NCBI RefSeq assembly: GCF_020745735.1
Contig: NC_083408.1
Span: 81,126,484 to 81,190,483 of the forward strand
Origin: Hemiscyllium ocellatum
Taxonomy: Eukaryota
DNA length: 64,000 bases
Direction: 5' to 3'
Part shown: positions 51,129 through 63,565 of the stretch, piece by piece
Position numbering within the stretch: the first letter of the stretch is position 1
Layout: each line of letters opens with the position of its first letter
Position numbers and translations under genes: made by a program
The notes under the pieces: model-generated
Database searches by the model: none
Told to the model about the DNA's origin: nothing
Seen by the model: only the letters and a program-made list of their open reading frames with translations

Positions 51129-53029
51129 AGTTTGTGATTTGTAATTAAGTCTGCAGACTTCTCAGGAACAGCTGATTTTTTCGGCTATGTATTATCATTC
51201 CTGTTTTTGTTGCATCTCTTGCAATTAACTTTACCTGGGAAGTATAGAGTATAATTTTTGTTTATCTTGTTTGTTAAAATTGTTATTTCTGCATCTGATC
51301 GAGGGATTTACAATGCCAAAACTAATTTATTATTAAATTATCAAGTGATTCCAAAATTCTTTGTTATTATTTGGGGGGTTTGTGATCACTGTTATCTTAA
51401 GATTATAGTAATAATGCAGTGGGCAGCTTCCCTACCTCTGCACCAGAAGCTGTGGATCTGAGTTCCACTTCAAGATTTGATGGCCAAGGAAAGTCATTCA
51501 TAATGCAGCTAAACAATGATGATTAACCTTAATCCTTTCAATGCATGCCATTGACAGGAGCGGGTACCTGGACAGGCATATGCTAAAATGAAAATTGCAG
51601 CCCCTCCCATTGCTATCTGAAGCTCCAGCTACAACATGCATGGAAGAAAACAAGTATGTTCAAACAGCAATTCACTTTGAGCTAAAAGACACTGCCACCA
51701 ATATTCTTAGTAATATCAATATTCAAAACTTATTAGTTCCCTAATTGAAGAGTTACAAACAAAAATACTAATGGGAAATTACATGCACTATTCTTCAAGT
51801 TTCTGATGGATTAAATCTTGCCAATGTGAATTGCAAGTTTCACCTGCTGCTCCTCTATCTGTTTGACAAGAGCTTCAGATGGGTACTAGGGAAGGTGGAG
51901 ACAGGTATTTTAGGGAGGAATCTTCAAGCTGGAAGTAATTAGAATTAAGCAAGGAAATGGACTAGAGTAATTCAAGGCTGGAGGGGTAGAAATTTTGGCA
52001 CAGGCAAATGACTGGAAGGGATTTCAAAGGTTGGGAGGAATGACTGCAATAAAGATTTGAAAATTGGAAGTTTTTAGAATATTACATTTGAAGAATCTGA
52101 ATATATGGAAATTAGATTTTGTCTGGGATAAATGGGGAAGAGCTGTTAGACTCCTGGATGAAGGAGACTATTGCACCGATTTCGTAAGTCACCTGCTGTG
52201 CCCTCAATTGTCAAATGATTCTTTTAAGTTGAGCATTTTCATCTCAAGCACATTAATTGCACTTTTTACAACAGAAGAAAAGGTTATCCAAATCATAGTG
52301 AGAAAAGAGGTAATATGGATATTGAAGTAAGTAAACACTTCGAGGAGGTATTAGAAAGATTGGCTCTACATAAAAGTTGAAAAATAATCAAATATGAATG
52401 CGATGCGTCCCAGGATGCTGAAGAAAGTAAGGGTGCACTGGGCAAAACTGTACTTGGGGTCCAGAAAAATTTGAAATCTTTTGTCCTTCTTAAAAGAAAG
52501 GGTGCGAAGAATGGTGAGAAAGATTTTAGAAACAATGACCTGAACAAAATTAGGTTACTTGGACAGGTGTGCATAAATTAAGGAAATCCAATAATTGTGT
52601 TTTTTTGATGAAGTTATTGATGAGCATGTGAGGCACACAGACTTACAGGAGTCTAATAAAATGACATGATTTGCCAACAACGTCAATGCCATTGGAATAA
52701 AAGGGCAGTAACTAAATAAATATAAAGTTGATTGAGTGACAGGAGACAAAGCAGTGTTGAATGTATGTTTATTAGATTGGAGGAAAGAAATACAATGGAG
52801 GTCCCCATGGTCAGCACTAGGACCACTACTTTCCTTGACCTGAATTGCTGACATTGATTGCCAATGACAGAAAATTGAACAGAGGATGCAGCACTTAAGG
52901 AAACTGTTGAAAGAATCAATGACGTCCAGAAAATCTTTTTACTCAATACATATATTATCTATTTTTCTGTTCTTCCACATTTTAATCTTGGAGGGATACA
53001 AGTAAATGTTAGTCCAAGTTTTCAGCCAT

Positions 53030-53905
53030 ACAGTTGTACAACATGAACACAGATGCTTCAGTCCAATTCGTCCATCCTGACCAGGTATCCGAAGTTAATC
53101 TAGTTCCATTTACCAGCATTTGGTCTGTATCCCTCTAAACCCTTCCAATTTATGTACCCATCCAGATGCCTTTTAAATGTTGTTATTGTACCAGCTTTAA
53201 TCACTCCCTCTGGCAACTCGTTCCAAGCATGTACCACCATGTGTGAAGATGTTTCACTTTAGGTCCCCTTTAAATCTTTCTTCTCTCACTTTAAACCTGT
53301 GCCCTCTAATTTTGGATTCCCCCAACCCCAGGGAAAAGACCGTCTAATCAGCCTATCCATGCCCCTGAATATTTTATAAACCTCAGCCTCTGATACTCCA
53401 AGGAAAATAGTCTCAGACTATTCAGCCTCTCCCAATAGCTCAAACCCTCCAACCCTGGCAACATCCTTTTAAATCTTTTCTGAACTCTTTCAAGTCTCAC
53501 AACATCCTTCCTATAGCAAGACTACCAGAATTGTATGCAGTACAATTGGAGCCTAACCAATGTCCTATACAGCCACAATATGACCTCCCAACTCATAAAC
53601 AGTACTCAATGCACTGACCAATAAAAGCAAGCTTACCAAACGCCACCTACACTCACCTACCTGGAATTCCACTTTCAAGGAGCTATCAACTTGCACTCCA
53701 AGGTCTTATTATTAAATGTATAAGTCCTGCCCTGATTTGCCTTTCCAAAATGTAACATTTCATGCTTATCTAAATTAAATTCCACCTGCCACTCCTCGGC
53801 CCACTGGTCCATCTGATTAAGATCCCGTTGTACTCGGAGGTAACCTTCTTCGCTGTACAGTACTCTAATTTTGGTGTTATCTACAAACCATACCTCCTAT
53901 GTTCT
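53030..53905 (-). mobile_element. CR1 LINE 3' fragment
   Basis: Colinear with 9950-10750 and 50133-51060. Confidence 0.82.
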
Positions 53906-54669
53906 CATTCCAAAACATTTAATAGATTGATAATGTAGATGTGTTCAGTTTTTTTTTTGACAAAGTGACTAGATCAAACAATGACATTTTTCTAAAACTG
54001 AAATGTTCTGGAAAGTCCAAAGAGGTAGAGATGTGAATTAGGAATGTTGACACATTTGTAGCGCCACGATTCACTGCTGTCTTTGTTACTTACAGGTTAT
54101 CAGACTGTGCTTCCCTTATTGAATTTAAAATGTGTACTTTTTAGTCTGAATTTTACATTTTACAATTAGTCTGATTGTCTGTATGTATAAAAACATAATT
54201 CTCAAGACTAATTAAATCACATTGACTAATGTTTCAAGTCTGATCTAAGGTGTCCTCAGCACCAGTTGAGAAAGCAAATAATGCTAATCAGTATTGAGGA
54301 CATCCTGCATTCAAATAAGTGCTAACATACCCCTTGCAAACATGTAGGATGTGAATTTGATTAACCCACAAACATGGAACCTAATCTAGAATGAAATCAA
54401 GCTTAATGCTTTTGAAATAAAAGGGGAGGGAAAGAAATGTTTAAAACTCTGAATGAGAGAAACAATCTAATTAATTGTCAAATATATTACCTTTTTAAAA
54501 AATTTCTTATAAGTATCGATTCTGTGTTCGAATTCTGGCCATATCTGCATCACCATTGATGGCTATGCCTTCAGTATCATGGCCTCGAGCTGCAGAATAC
54601 TCTTCCACATCTCTTTAGCCTCCATTTCCCTCTTTAAAACATTCCATAAAACATGCCGCTTTGACATAG

Positions 54670-54719
54670 CTTTTAGTTGTCTGTCATAAAATCTTTTAGT
54701 TGTCTGTCATAAAATCTTT
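54670..54719. repeat. 23-bp tandem duplication
   Basis: CTTTTAGTTGTCTGTCATAAAAT x2 + CTTT. Confidence 0.9.
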
Positions 54720-55172
54720 GTGTGGCTTCTTGCCCTATTTTATATAATAAGGCACTTGTAAAGTGCCTTGGACTATTGCACCGCAAGTCTCAGGTTTCTA
54801 ATTTTTAAAATAAAGTTGTGGTTACTGTTGTTTTGTGTAGTCATGCATAATCAAGGTGCTTCTGAAAGGTGATATCATTAGAATGATACACAAATGTTTA
54901 CTTAAGTTTCCATGTGGATAAAAGATATTCATATGAAAACAACCTATAGCTCTTTTAACAGCACTATGGGCATACCGACAACTGCATCAACATTCAAGGT
55001 AGGACTTCATCACTTTCTCAAAGGCAGTTGAGGATGGGCAACAAAGATTGGTCTTGCTGATAACGGCCACACACAAGTAAATTTAAAAAATGCTCCATAG
55101 TCGTTTCCTCCCTCCTTCATAGTTTAAAATCATATTAATACAGATTTTTGGGGGAAACTTTTAAGTCCTTAA

Positions 55173-55206
55173 AAAGCAAAAATAGTGTAAAGCAAAAATA
55201 GTGTAA
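55173..55206. repeat. 16-bp tandem duplication
   Basis: AAAGCAAAAATAGTGT x2. Confidence 0.85.
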
Positions 55207-56184
55207 ACCAAAGTTTAAAAAAAAATTGAAGGTACGTTGTGGTAAAATATCTCTTCCATTTTCACAAAGAATTGCTTTTCTATTCCTTTTATTTGAGGTG
55301 GTTTTACACTGAAATATTTTTAAAAATTCAATCAAGGCATTTGCTTTGAACAATGGAAAGTTTCAGGTATGTAACAGTGTCTCAAACTGCCATGAAGCAA
55401 TAACAGTTAAGTAAGCTGAACCTGATAAACAACTGAGGTGAATGGGGTAAGGGAATACATGCCAGGTTTCTTAAATGCCACTGCAAATATTTAACTGAAA
55501 ATATTGCATTGCTGTTTCAAATAATTACAGATTTGTGCTTTAAGTGAACAGTATTGTCACCAACACTTACGGTGGGTGAAAGTTTCAGCCAGCTGCATTC
55601 TGGGTGTTTTCTTTTATGATAATTTGAAATAATAGTGCTGATTATTTTTTCATATTAATTTTATTTGAATTTTGAAAATTCTGGGTATTATATGGAAGGA
55701 GCATTTTGAGCTTCATATTTCCTGCTGCAGGTTTGTTACTGATGGCAGAAGTAGTTTAGGTAATAAACAGGCTGACACACGTACATCACCCATTAAGGCA
55801 TATTTCTATGGGATTTTCTTATTGTTAACTGAAACACTAAGTGCAATGACAATATTGAGTTAAACAAGACCCATCTGTAAAATAAATTGAATGATGAAAA
55901 CAGAATTCTTAAAAAATTACACCCATGACATGAAATGAGCACCTTTGGCTTCTTTGCCTTCTTACAGCTGCATATACTATTTTCTCTTCAGTCACCCAGA
56001 ACATATATAAAGTTAATGAAGAAAATGGTAACTGCTGCTACAAGGACATTTTTCTTTAAGCAAAAACAAAATTCTGCTGCTCTCTTTTGTAAAGACAGTA
56101 ATTTATGACTGTGTACAGACCTACAGGCACCAATAGTTCTCTAGCACTCTTCAAATGTGGGCCCAGCCAGTAAACTTAGAGCAG

Positions 56185-56450
56185 TATGCAGTGAAGCTTA
56201 ATCTATCCTCATCCAGCACTGTCAAAATAAATTTTTCAGTGTAGTCACTGGATAGTCAGGTATTAGCATAATGGCTGATCTTTCCTCCACATAACCCAGA
56301 GAACGCCAAACCCAATTGCAGCACCCCCCCTATGGCAACCTTAGCTAAAAATTGGCGAACTCATCAGACCAGATATCATCTGGGGTCTTTCTAATCTGTA
56401 AAGCTCAATAATAACACCTTTGGGTGTAGTTATTAACCGAGCCATCAGTT
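56185..56450 (-). mobile_element. Probable ancient tRNA-derived SINE relic in MGAT2 3' UTR
   Basis: Minus strand begins gatggctcggtt (A-box-like); resembles an old shark repeat from memory; heavily decayed. Confidence 0.35.
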
Positions 56451-56566
56451 AGCCATTTATTTTTAATCGTGACAGTCAACGATTGTATCCCATTGTTGTA
56501 TTTTTATAACAGAAGAAAACTAAATACTATTAAAGACATGATCTTATATAGAGATTTATCACATAA

Positions 56567-57874
56567 TTATTGTAGCCGGCGGTAACTTGCACAAAGTTCA
56601 TGGTCCCTAATATCTCCCCAACCTCCATTCTTCACATGTGGGCCAATTGCAGCCAAAGGATATATTTCACTTATTGCCATTGTTTCTGGAAACAAGTGCT
56701 GTACGTTGCTACTTATAATCTTGTCAATTTTAGCAACTTCAGCAGATGGCATGCAAGCTTTCTTGTGATGCATGCCACAATCACCAGCATGGAAAATACG
56801 AGGAGCCTCACAGACCATAACTTTCCAATACCGAGGCAGACAGGATACGGTTAAATACTGTAATGTCCAGTCCCAGTTGTAGTCATCATATTCACAGAAA
56901 GCATCTGTGCACTCTATCAGTTTTTGATATGTCTCTCTAGTCATAGCCATGCCCATGTTATGTTCTGTTGATCGCCAGGTTTTCACTTCCACTTTACTTG
57001 CTTTATCTGTGAAATCACTGACACGTGTATATGTACCAAGGGTCAATATGTCACAATCAGGGCAACTTTCAGTCTTCAGATGCCACATATTTTTCATGAC
57101 ATGATAGAAATCAGGTGATAAATAATGGTCCTCTTCAATGAAAAGCACTAACCCCTTATGATCTTCCAAAACTTTTACTCTTTCCCAAACAAAATGCAAC
57201 TTCCACCACCAGTGATGTTTGGTCTGACAAAATTTGGATTCTCGATAATGGCCAAATGAATCTTGATACTCAGCATTGATACAGCCCAGCTTGAAAGCAT
57301 TCGCTTTGCTTATGTCACGAGGGCAATCTCTGGGATCGTGTCCAGGGAATTCGTTGGGATACAACTGGATACTGAATGGAAAAAATATTTGTAACACTTG
57401 GCAAAAATCGACGCTAGCTACGATCTGGTTGATCTGCGGGGACCAGAAGTCGTGGCTGAAGATCAGCAGAACGTTCTCTATTCCTTTGGCTTTTCTGAGC
57501 GAATTGACGAGGATCTGCAGGTATTCCGGTCTGTTGTGCACTTGGACCACCACCACTAAATCATTGGGGGATCGAGACTTAGCGGTCTCCTGGTTTCTGA
57601 TGGTCTGGTCAAAGTTCAGCTGGAAAACGATGCCGCGGTACACCAGGGTCAGGTTGTCGACCTCAGGCTTTTCGAACTTGCTCGCCTGCGACTCGTTGGA
57701 AACTTTCCTGGTCGGGTTCCCGGCGCCCGCTTTCCCGCTGCTCCGTGAAGTTTGGTCTTCCCTCGGAAAAGCTTCGTTTTTCCTCTGCTTTCCGCCGGTC
57801 CACAAGACGAAGGCGGCGAGCAGCATGACGAGAGCCAGCAGCAGCACTTTCCTCTTGTAAATGCGGAACCTCAT
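56567..57874 (-). CDS. MGAT2: Alpha-1,6-mannosyl-glycoprotein 2-beta-N-acetylglucosaminyltransferase (GnT-II), intronless, 435 aa
   Basis: MRFRIYKRKV start, type II TM anchor, VVQVHNRPEYL, FPGHDPRDCPRD, TKHHWWWKLHF, EEDH motif, KNGGWGDIRDHELC. Confidence 0.98.
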   Translation of the reverse strand: MRFRIYKRKVLLLALVMLLAAFVLWTGGKQRKNEAFPREDQTSRSSGKAGAGNPTRKVSNESQASKFEKPEVDNLTLVYRGIVFQLNFDQTIRNQETAKSRSPNDLVVVVQVHNRPEYLQILVNSLRKAKGIENVLLIFSHDFWSPQINQIVASVDFCQVLQIFFPFSIQLYPNEFPGHDPRDCPRDISKANAFKLGCINAEYQDSFGHYRESKFCQTKHHWWWKLHFVWERVKVLEDHKGLVLFIEEDHYLSPDFYHVMKNMWHLKTESCPDCDILTLGTYTRVSDFTDKASKVEVKTWRSTEHNMGMAMTRETYQKLIECTDAFCEYDDYNWDWTLQYLTVSCLPRYWKVMVCEAPRIFHAGDCGMHHKKACMPSAEVAKIDKIISSNVQHLFPETMAISEIYPLAAIGPHVKNGGWGDIRDHELCASYRRLQ

Positions 57875-57879
57875 GTTGA

Positions 57880-58630
57880 CCGTCGAGGAAGCGGCGATGC
57901 CCGTTCCGTGACCGACAGCGGAGCTGCTGCTGACAATAACAAACTACACACAATACAGACCGGCTGGCTGTGAGGGGAACGAGCTCCCTGTTACCGTATA
58001 CAGATCGGCCGCACTCTCAGCAGCCTAGTTTCAGGCACACTGCGATCCTACACGGGACCATTGCCAGCCGGCGCGGCCGCAACAATTTAGACCGAGGGTC
58101 GCAGACTCCGGGCCGGGGACTGGCGGGGAGGACGGCTCCCGGAAGAAAGCGGATGGAAGGTGCAGCAGGCCAAGGGGAGGATATCCGTTTCCTGGAGGGA
58201 AGGATATGGGTATGAGGTGGCAGGCCGTCCTTCTCTGTCATCCGATGGTGCTCGGCCTCCGCTCTCCTCTCCGCCTCCCGATTTGAACCGACACCGACAT
58301 GGTACCTCACCTCGCCACCCCCTCCCGGCCGTTGCCGACGGCGGCCTCGCGCTCTCCAACATCTGCCAACCGTCACCCAGAGCCCGCCCCTTTACCCCCA
58401 CCCGATTGGCCTGCTTTCCGCATCCACCCAGGCGCGTGCGTTGTAACACAAGGGACGCTTCCACTGGACGGTCCGCCTGTCCATCAACTGTCCCGCCCGA
58501 CCCTTATTGGTTAGCTTCCGGGCGGCGCAGGCGGATGATGTCAGCTGCCTGCTCCGCCCCATCCTCCACCTTCTGTTTGCTGCTGTTTGTCCGGCTGGTC
58601 GGCGAACTTACCGTCTATTGGGCCACAATG
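57880..58630 (-). promoter_or_regulatory. MGAT2 CpG island / promoter and 5' UTR
   Basis: CpG-dense. CCAAT boxes on minus strand (58405-58409, 58506-58510, 58617-58621), GC boxes (58383-58390, 58554-58560), ETS-like CCGGAAG (58515-58521). Confidence 0.7.
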
Positions 58631-58637
58631 TGCGGAG

Positions 58638-58800
58638 TCAAGGTTAGAGTGGGATGCTGGAAAAGCACAGCACATCAGGCAGCATCAGAGGAACGGGAAA
58701 TTCCTGATGAAGGGCTTTTGCCCGAAACGTCGACTTTCCTGCTCCTCGGATGCTGCCTGACCTGCTGTGCTTTTCCAGCACCACTCTATAATAACCTTGA
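58638..58800. mobile_element. Hairpin element of PLE termini with central intact hammerhead motif (58700-58735, +)
   Basis: Arms 58638-58703 / 58732-58800 are reverse complements; loop CTGATGA-A-GGGC-TTTT-GCCC-GAA-AC-GT-C. Confidence 0.8.
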
Positions 58801-59442
58801 ATGCTGGAAATATTCGGCAGGTCGGGTAGCCTCTGTGGAGAATGAAAGAACGACGCTCCGAAACATTAACGTCGGTTCCCTCTCCAGGGATACTGCCTTT
58901 TCTGTTTTTATTTTGTATCTCAATTACAGTTGGGGGACCAAGGAATCGCAGTCTGCTCGGAAATCTCATCTCGCTGACTGGGCTTGAAGTTGACCAACCC
59001 AGTTTTACTGTTTTTCACAATTGTTGGGCAACAGCAATGTATTCCCTCTATCTAAAGGAAGGATATCAATCACAATAAACACGGACACAGCAGATACAGA
59101 AATGGTGAATACACACAATTGTTGGTGCTGCACAAAAAAATTGTCCCTCCTAAAATCGCGTTGGGAAGAAAGGTCAACACTTAAAACAATATCCAATTAC
59201 CTCGGGTGAGCCAGCATTGCAGATTTGACATCCGTGTTCCGCCAACACTTATGATTTTGATTACAATGTACTGAACCAGATACTGATCTGGTAGCTATAA
59301 TTAAAAGCTTGTAATTGGAGATGATTTTCATATGGTATGCAAGATTTCAAACGATGAAGTTGTGACTGTTTCCTTTGGCTATGTGTTCCGGTGTGGGATT
59401 GTTGATACACTGCCACAAAAACAGAAGATCTTTATAGCTTGG

Positions 59443-59647
59443 GTAAAGTTAAAAATCACACAACACCAGGCTATAGTCCAACAGGTTTAATTGGAAGCAC
59501 AGTAGCTTTCGGAGCGACGCTTCATCAGGTGGTGAAGGAGCGTCGCTCCGAAAGCTAGTGCGCTTCCAATTAAACCTGTTGGACTATAACCTGGTGTTGT
59601 GTAATTTTTAACTTTGTACACCCCAGTCCAACACGGGCATCTCCAAA
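59443..59647. mobile_element. Fold-back PLE-terminus insertion with 11-bp TSD
   Basis: TSD TTATAGCTTGG (59432-59442, 59648-59658); nearly perfect ~75-bp arms; both hammerhead copies are disrupted at the centre. Confidence 0.82.
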
Positions 59648-59756
59648 TTATAGCTTGGATGGTTGACTACCTCTTGTTTAGCAATGCAGGAATGAGGTGG
59701 GGGGTAGGTGTCTGATTGTAACAGGATACTGAAAGGCTTACATAGAGTGGATGTTA

Positions 59757-60528
59757 GTCAAGTAGTGCTGGAAAAGCACGCAGGTCGGACAGCACCTGAG
59801 GAGCAGGAAAATCGATGATTCGGGCAAAAGTCCTTCATCAGGAATGAGGCTCTTCGCCTCAAGGGTGGAGAGATAAATGGGGAGCTGGGGAGAAGGTAGC
59901 TGAGAGTGCAATACATGGATGGAGATGGGGGTGAAGGTGATAGATCGGCCAGAAGGGTGGAGCAAATAGGTGGGAAGGTCCACATTGATGCCATGGGATT
60001 GAAGGGTTCTGAGGCTGAAGGTGAGTGTTCTTCTTTCAGGCGTCGGGTGGTAAGGGAGTGGCGAAGGAGGAGGCCCAGGATATTCTTGTCCTCGGCAGAG
60101 TGGGAGGGGGAGTTGAAATGTTCAGCTGGGGGGTTGATTAATGCCGGTGTCCCAGAGATTTTCTCTGAAGTGCTCTGCGAGTAAGCGTCCAGACTGCCCA
60201 AAGAAGGGGAGACCGCATTGGGAGCAACGGATGCAGTGTGGAAGTATAGGAGAAATTTTGATGGATGTGGAAGGCTCCTTTGGGCCTTGGACAGAGGTGA
60301 GGGGGTGGTGTGAGCGCAGGTTTTTCAATTCCTGCGGTGGCAGGGGAAGTAGTTGGGAGGGGCGTGAACCTGACCAGGTAGTCGCGGATGGAAGTGTCTT
60401 TACTACATCACATCATCCGCCAATATTTCTGCCATACATTGCATCATCTGCTGACATTTCCGCCACCTACAAACGGACCCCATCATCAGGGATATATTTC
60501 CCTCCCCATCCCTATTCGCCTCCAGGGA
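59757..60528 (-). mobile_element. Penelope-like element 3' fragment (GIY-YIG remnant + mutated hammerhead 59811-59845)
   Basis: HCIRCSQCGLPFFGQSGRLLAEHFRE, AEHFNSPSHSAED, RRLKEEH. Confidence 0.82.
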
Positions 60529-60529
60529 A

Positions 60530-62720
60530 AACAGCCATAGCATATTCAATCTCTCCCTATAGCTCAAATCCTCCAACCCTGGCAACATCCTTGTAAATCT
60601 TTTCTGAACCCTTTCACAACATCCTTCCTATAGGAAGGAGGCTAGAATTGCATGCAATATTCCAAAAGCAGCCTAACCAATGTCCTGTACAACCATAACA
60701 TGACCTCTCAACTCCTATACTCAATACTCTGACCAATAAAGGAAAGCATACCAAACACCTTTTTCACTATCATATCTACCTGCGACTCCACTTTCAAGGA
60801 GCTATAAACCTGCACTCCAAGGTCTCTTTGTTCAGCAACACTCCCTAAAACCTTACCATTAAGTGTATAAGTCCTGCTGGGATTTGCTTTCCCAAAATAC
60901 AGCACCTAGCATTTATCTAAATTAAACTCCATCTGCCACTCTTCAGCCCACTGGCCCATTGTTTGCCTGAAATTTTGATTCTCCTGTTGTTCGTATGCTG
61001 CCTAACCTCCTGTGCTTTTCCAGCACCACATTCTTGCATCTGATTTAAAATCCCGTTGCAATCAGAGGTAACTTTCTTCGCTATCCACTTCATCCCCCAC
61101 TTCATCTGCAAACTTACTAATGACACAAAGATAAGTGGAATAGATAGTATTGAGGAGCAGGGAGAGTGCAGATGGACTTAGTCAGGCTAGGAGATTGGCA
61201 AATAAGCGACAGATAATATATAATGTGGGAAAGTGTGAGGTTACACAGTTTAAAAGGAAGAATAGAAGCATAAACTATTTTCTAAACAGGACAAGGCTTC
61301 ACATATCTGAAGCACAAAGGGACTTTATGTGACACGGGGGCTCAATGGTTAACACTGCTGCCTCACAGCACCAGGGGCAAGGGCTCAATACTAGTTTTGG
61401 GTGACTGTGCCTATTCTCCCAGTATCTGCTGTGGGTCCCCACCAGGTTCCCTGGTTTCCTCATACAGTCCAAAGTTGCGCAGGTTAGGTGGACTGCCCAT
61501 GCCAATTGCCCCAGTGTCCAGTCTCGAGGAATCTAGATGGTTCAGCCATGGTAAATGTGGGATTACGAGGATAGGATGGGGGATTGGTGGGATACATTTT
61601 GGTGGGTTGTTGCAGACTCAATGGGCCAAATGGCCTCTTTCCACAGTTATAGAACCCCTACAGTGTGGAAGCAGGCCATTTGGCCCAACAAGTCCACGCT
61701 GACCCTCCGAAGAGTAACCTACCCAAACCAATTCCCTCCGGCCCTATTATTTTACCCTTGACTAATGCACCTAAACTACACACCCTTGAACACAATGGGC
61801 AATTTAGCTTGGCCATTCATCTAACTGCACATCTTTGGATTGTGGGAAGAAACTGGAGCACCCAGAGGAAACCCACACAGACATGGGGAGAATGTGCAAA
61901 CTTTTCACAGACAGAATCCTAGTTCTGTATTCTCACAGACAGTCATCCAAAGCTGGAATCGAACCCAGGACCCTGGCACGGTGAGGCAGCAGTGCTGAAC
62001 ACTGAGCCACTGTGACACCCCAATATAGGGACTCTGTGATTCCTATGACTTGGGAATCTTAGTTCTGTATTCTCTTAATGTTAGCATGCAAGTTGGCAGT
62101 TAGGAAGGTATATGCAATCTTAGCATTAATTTCCAGGCATCCAGAATACATGAACACAGATGTACTGCTGAGGCTATATAAAGCTCTGGTCAGACCGCAT
62201 TTGGAATATCAAGCAGTTTTGGGCATTGGATCTAAGGAAAGAATTCCTGGTGTTGGAGGAGGTCCAGAGGAGGCTTGCAAGAATAACACCGGGATGAAAG
62301 GCTTGTCATACAAGCAGTGGTTGAGGACTCCAGATCTGTACATGATGGAGTTTAGATTCTGATTGAAACAGACAAGATACTGAGAGGCTTACATAGAGTC
62401 CATGTGGAAATTTTCCTTTAGTAGGAGAAACGATGAACTGAGGGCACAGCCTTAGAGCAAAGGGACGACCCTTTAGAACTGAGATGAGGAATTTCTTCAG
62501 CCAGACTGTGGTTAATGCTCAGAATGCATTGCCATGGAGGCCAAGTAATTTAGTGTATTTAACATAGAGATAGATAGCTTTTTGATTGATGAGGGTATCA
62601 AAGGTTATGGGGAGAAGACAGGGGAATGGGATTGAAAAACATGTCAGCCATGATTGAATAATGGATCACACACAATCGGCTGAATGGCTTAATTCTACTC
62701 ATCTGTCTTATAGTCTTAAT
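60530..62720. mobile_element. CR1 fragments (- 60530-61120; + 61110-62720) with nested SINEs
   Basis: FGKANPSRTYTLNG, LYKALVRPHLEY remnants. Confidence 0.8.
61326..62046. mobile_element. HE1/V-SINE (+) with a second HE1/V-SINE (-, 61653-62023) nested in its tail
   Basis: TSDs GACTT (61321-61325/62047-62051) and TATAG (61648-61652/62024-62028); A/B boxes. Confidence 0.78.
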
Positions 62721-63289
62721 GTCTGTCACCTTTAAGGATCCCACAAGACTGGATGAATAAACTATAACCCTGATAATTTTTTTACAATGACAAAGCTTCC
62801 AAATCAGAAACCCAAGAACCCTGTTACAGGAACATGTAATCCTGATTGAAGATTGTTTTTAATTTACATTCTCTGCAGAGGACAACCTATTTTTTTTCTT
62901 TTTGGTCTAGTTGTATAAGATTTTACTGCATTTAACTTCCCTTTTCTAATTTACCTACATTTCTTGTTGCTTGAACCAGGGATTCATTCCTAGCCTTTTT
63001 ATTTCATGTAATAATAAGATGGATAAAGTACAAAGGCCGACTATTAGCCCATCCTTTCTATGCTACTTTTCCATGAGAGCAATTTAACCTGTCCTAATTA
63101 ATAAGAGAAACAAATGTCTCCCACTATCACATTTCAAGTTTATTTAAACAGTACAGATTACAAGTGCCAAAGTAAACATTTTACACAAGTTTTTCCTTGA
63201 TCTCAGTCACATGGGATTTTGTCCCTAATTAGCATTATTTAAAAGCATATATTAGATGCATCTGAAATGTAATTGCAGGGATTCATTTT

Positions 63290-63565
63290 GAAATCAGGTT
63301 TGGTGTCTGTGTGGAATTTACATATTCTCCCAGTGTCTGCATGGGTTTCCGTTGGGTGCTCTGATTTCCTCCCACAGTCCAAAGATGTGCAGATTAGCTG
63401 GATTGGCCATACTAAATTTCTCCAAACTGTTTGGGGATATGGCAGGCTAGGTGGATTGCCATGGTAAATGTGGGGATAGGGAATCTGGATGGGATGCTCT
63501 TCAAAAGGTTGGTGCAGACCCGATGGGCTGAACTGAACCTTCTGCACCGTAGGGATTCTATGGTT
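63290..63565 (+). mobile_element. HE1/V-SINE
   Basis: gtctgtgtggaattt..cccacagtccaaagatgtgcag..ctgcaccgtagggattctatg. Confidence 0.78.

Noticed and set aside
58017-58987. Several ORFs (up to 275 aa) in the MGAT2 CpG island
   Set aside because: GC-rich stop-poor sequence running into repeats; no recognisable protein.
59446-59615. Palindromic repeats as CRISPR array or miRNA precursor
   Set aside because: No repeat-spacer periodicity; the sequence is explained by PLE termini; no expression data.
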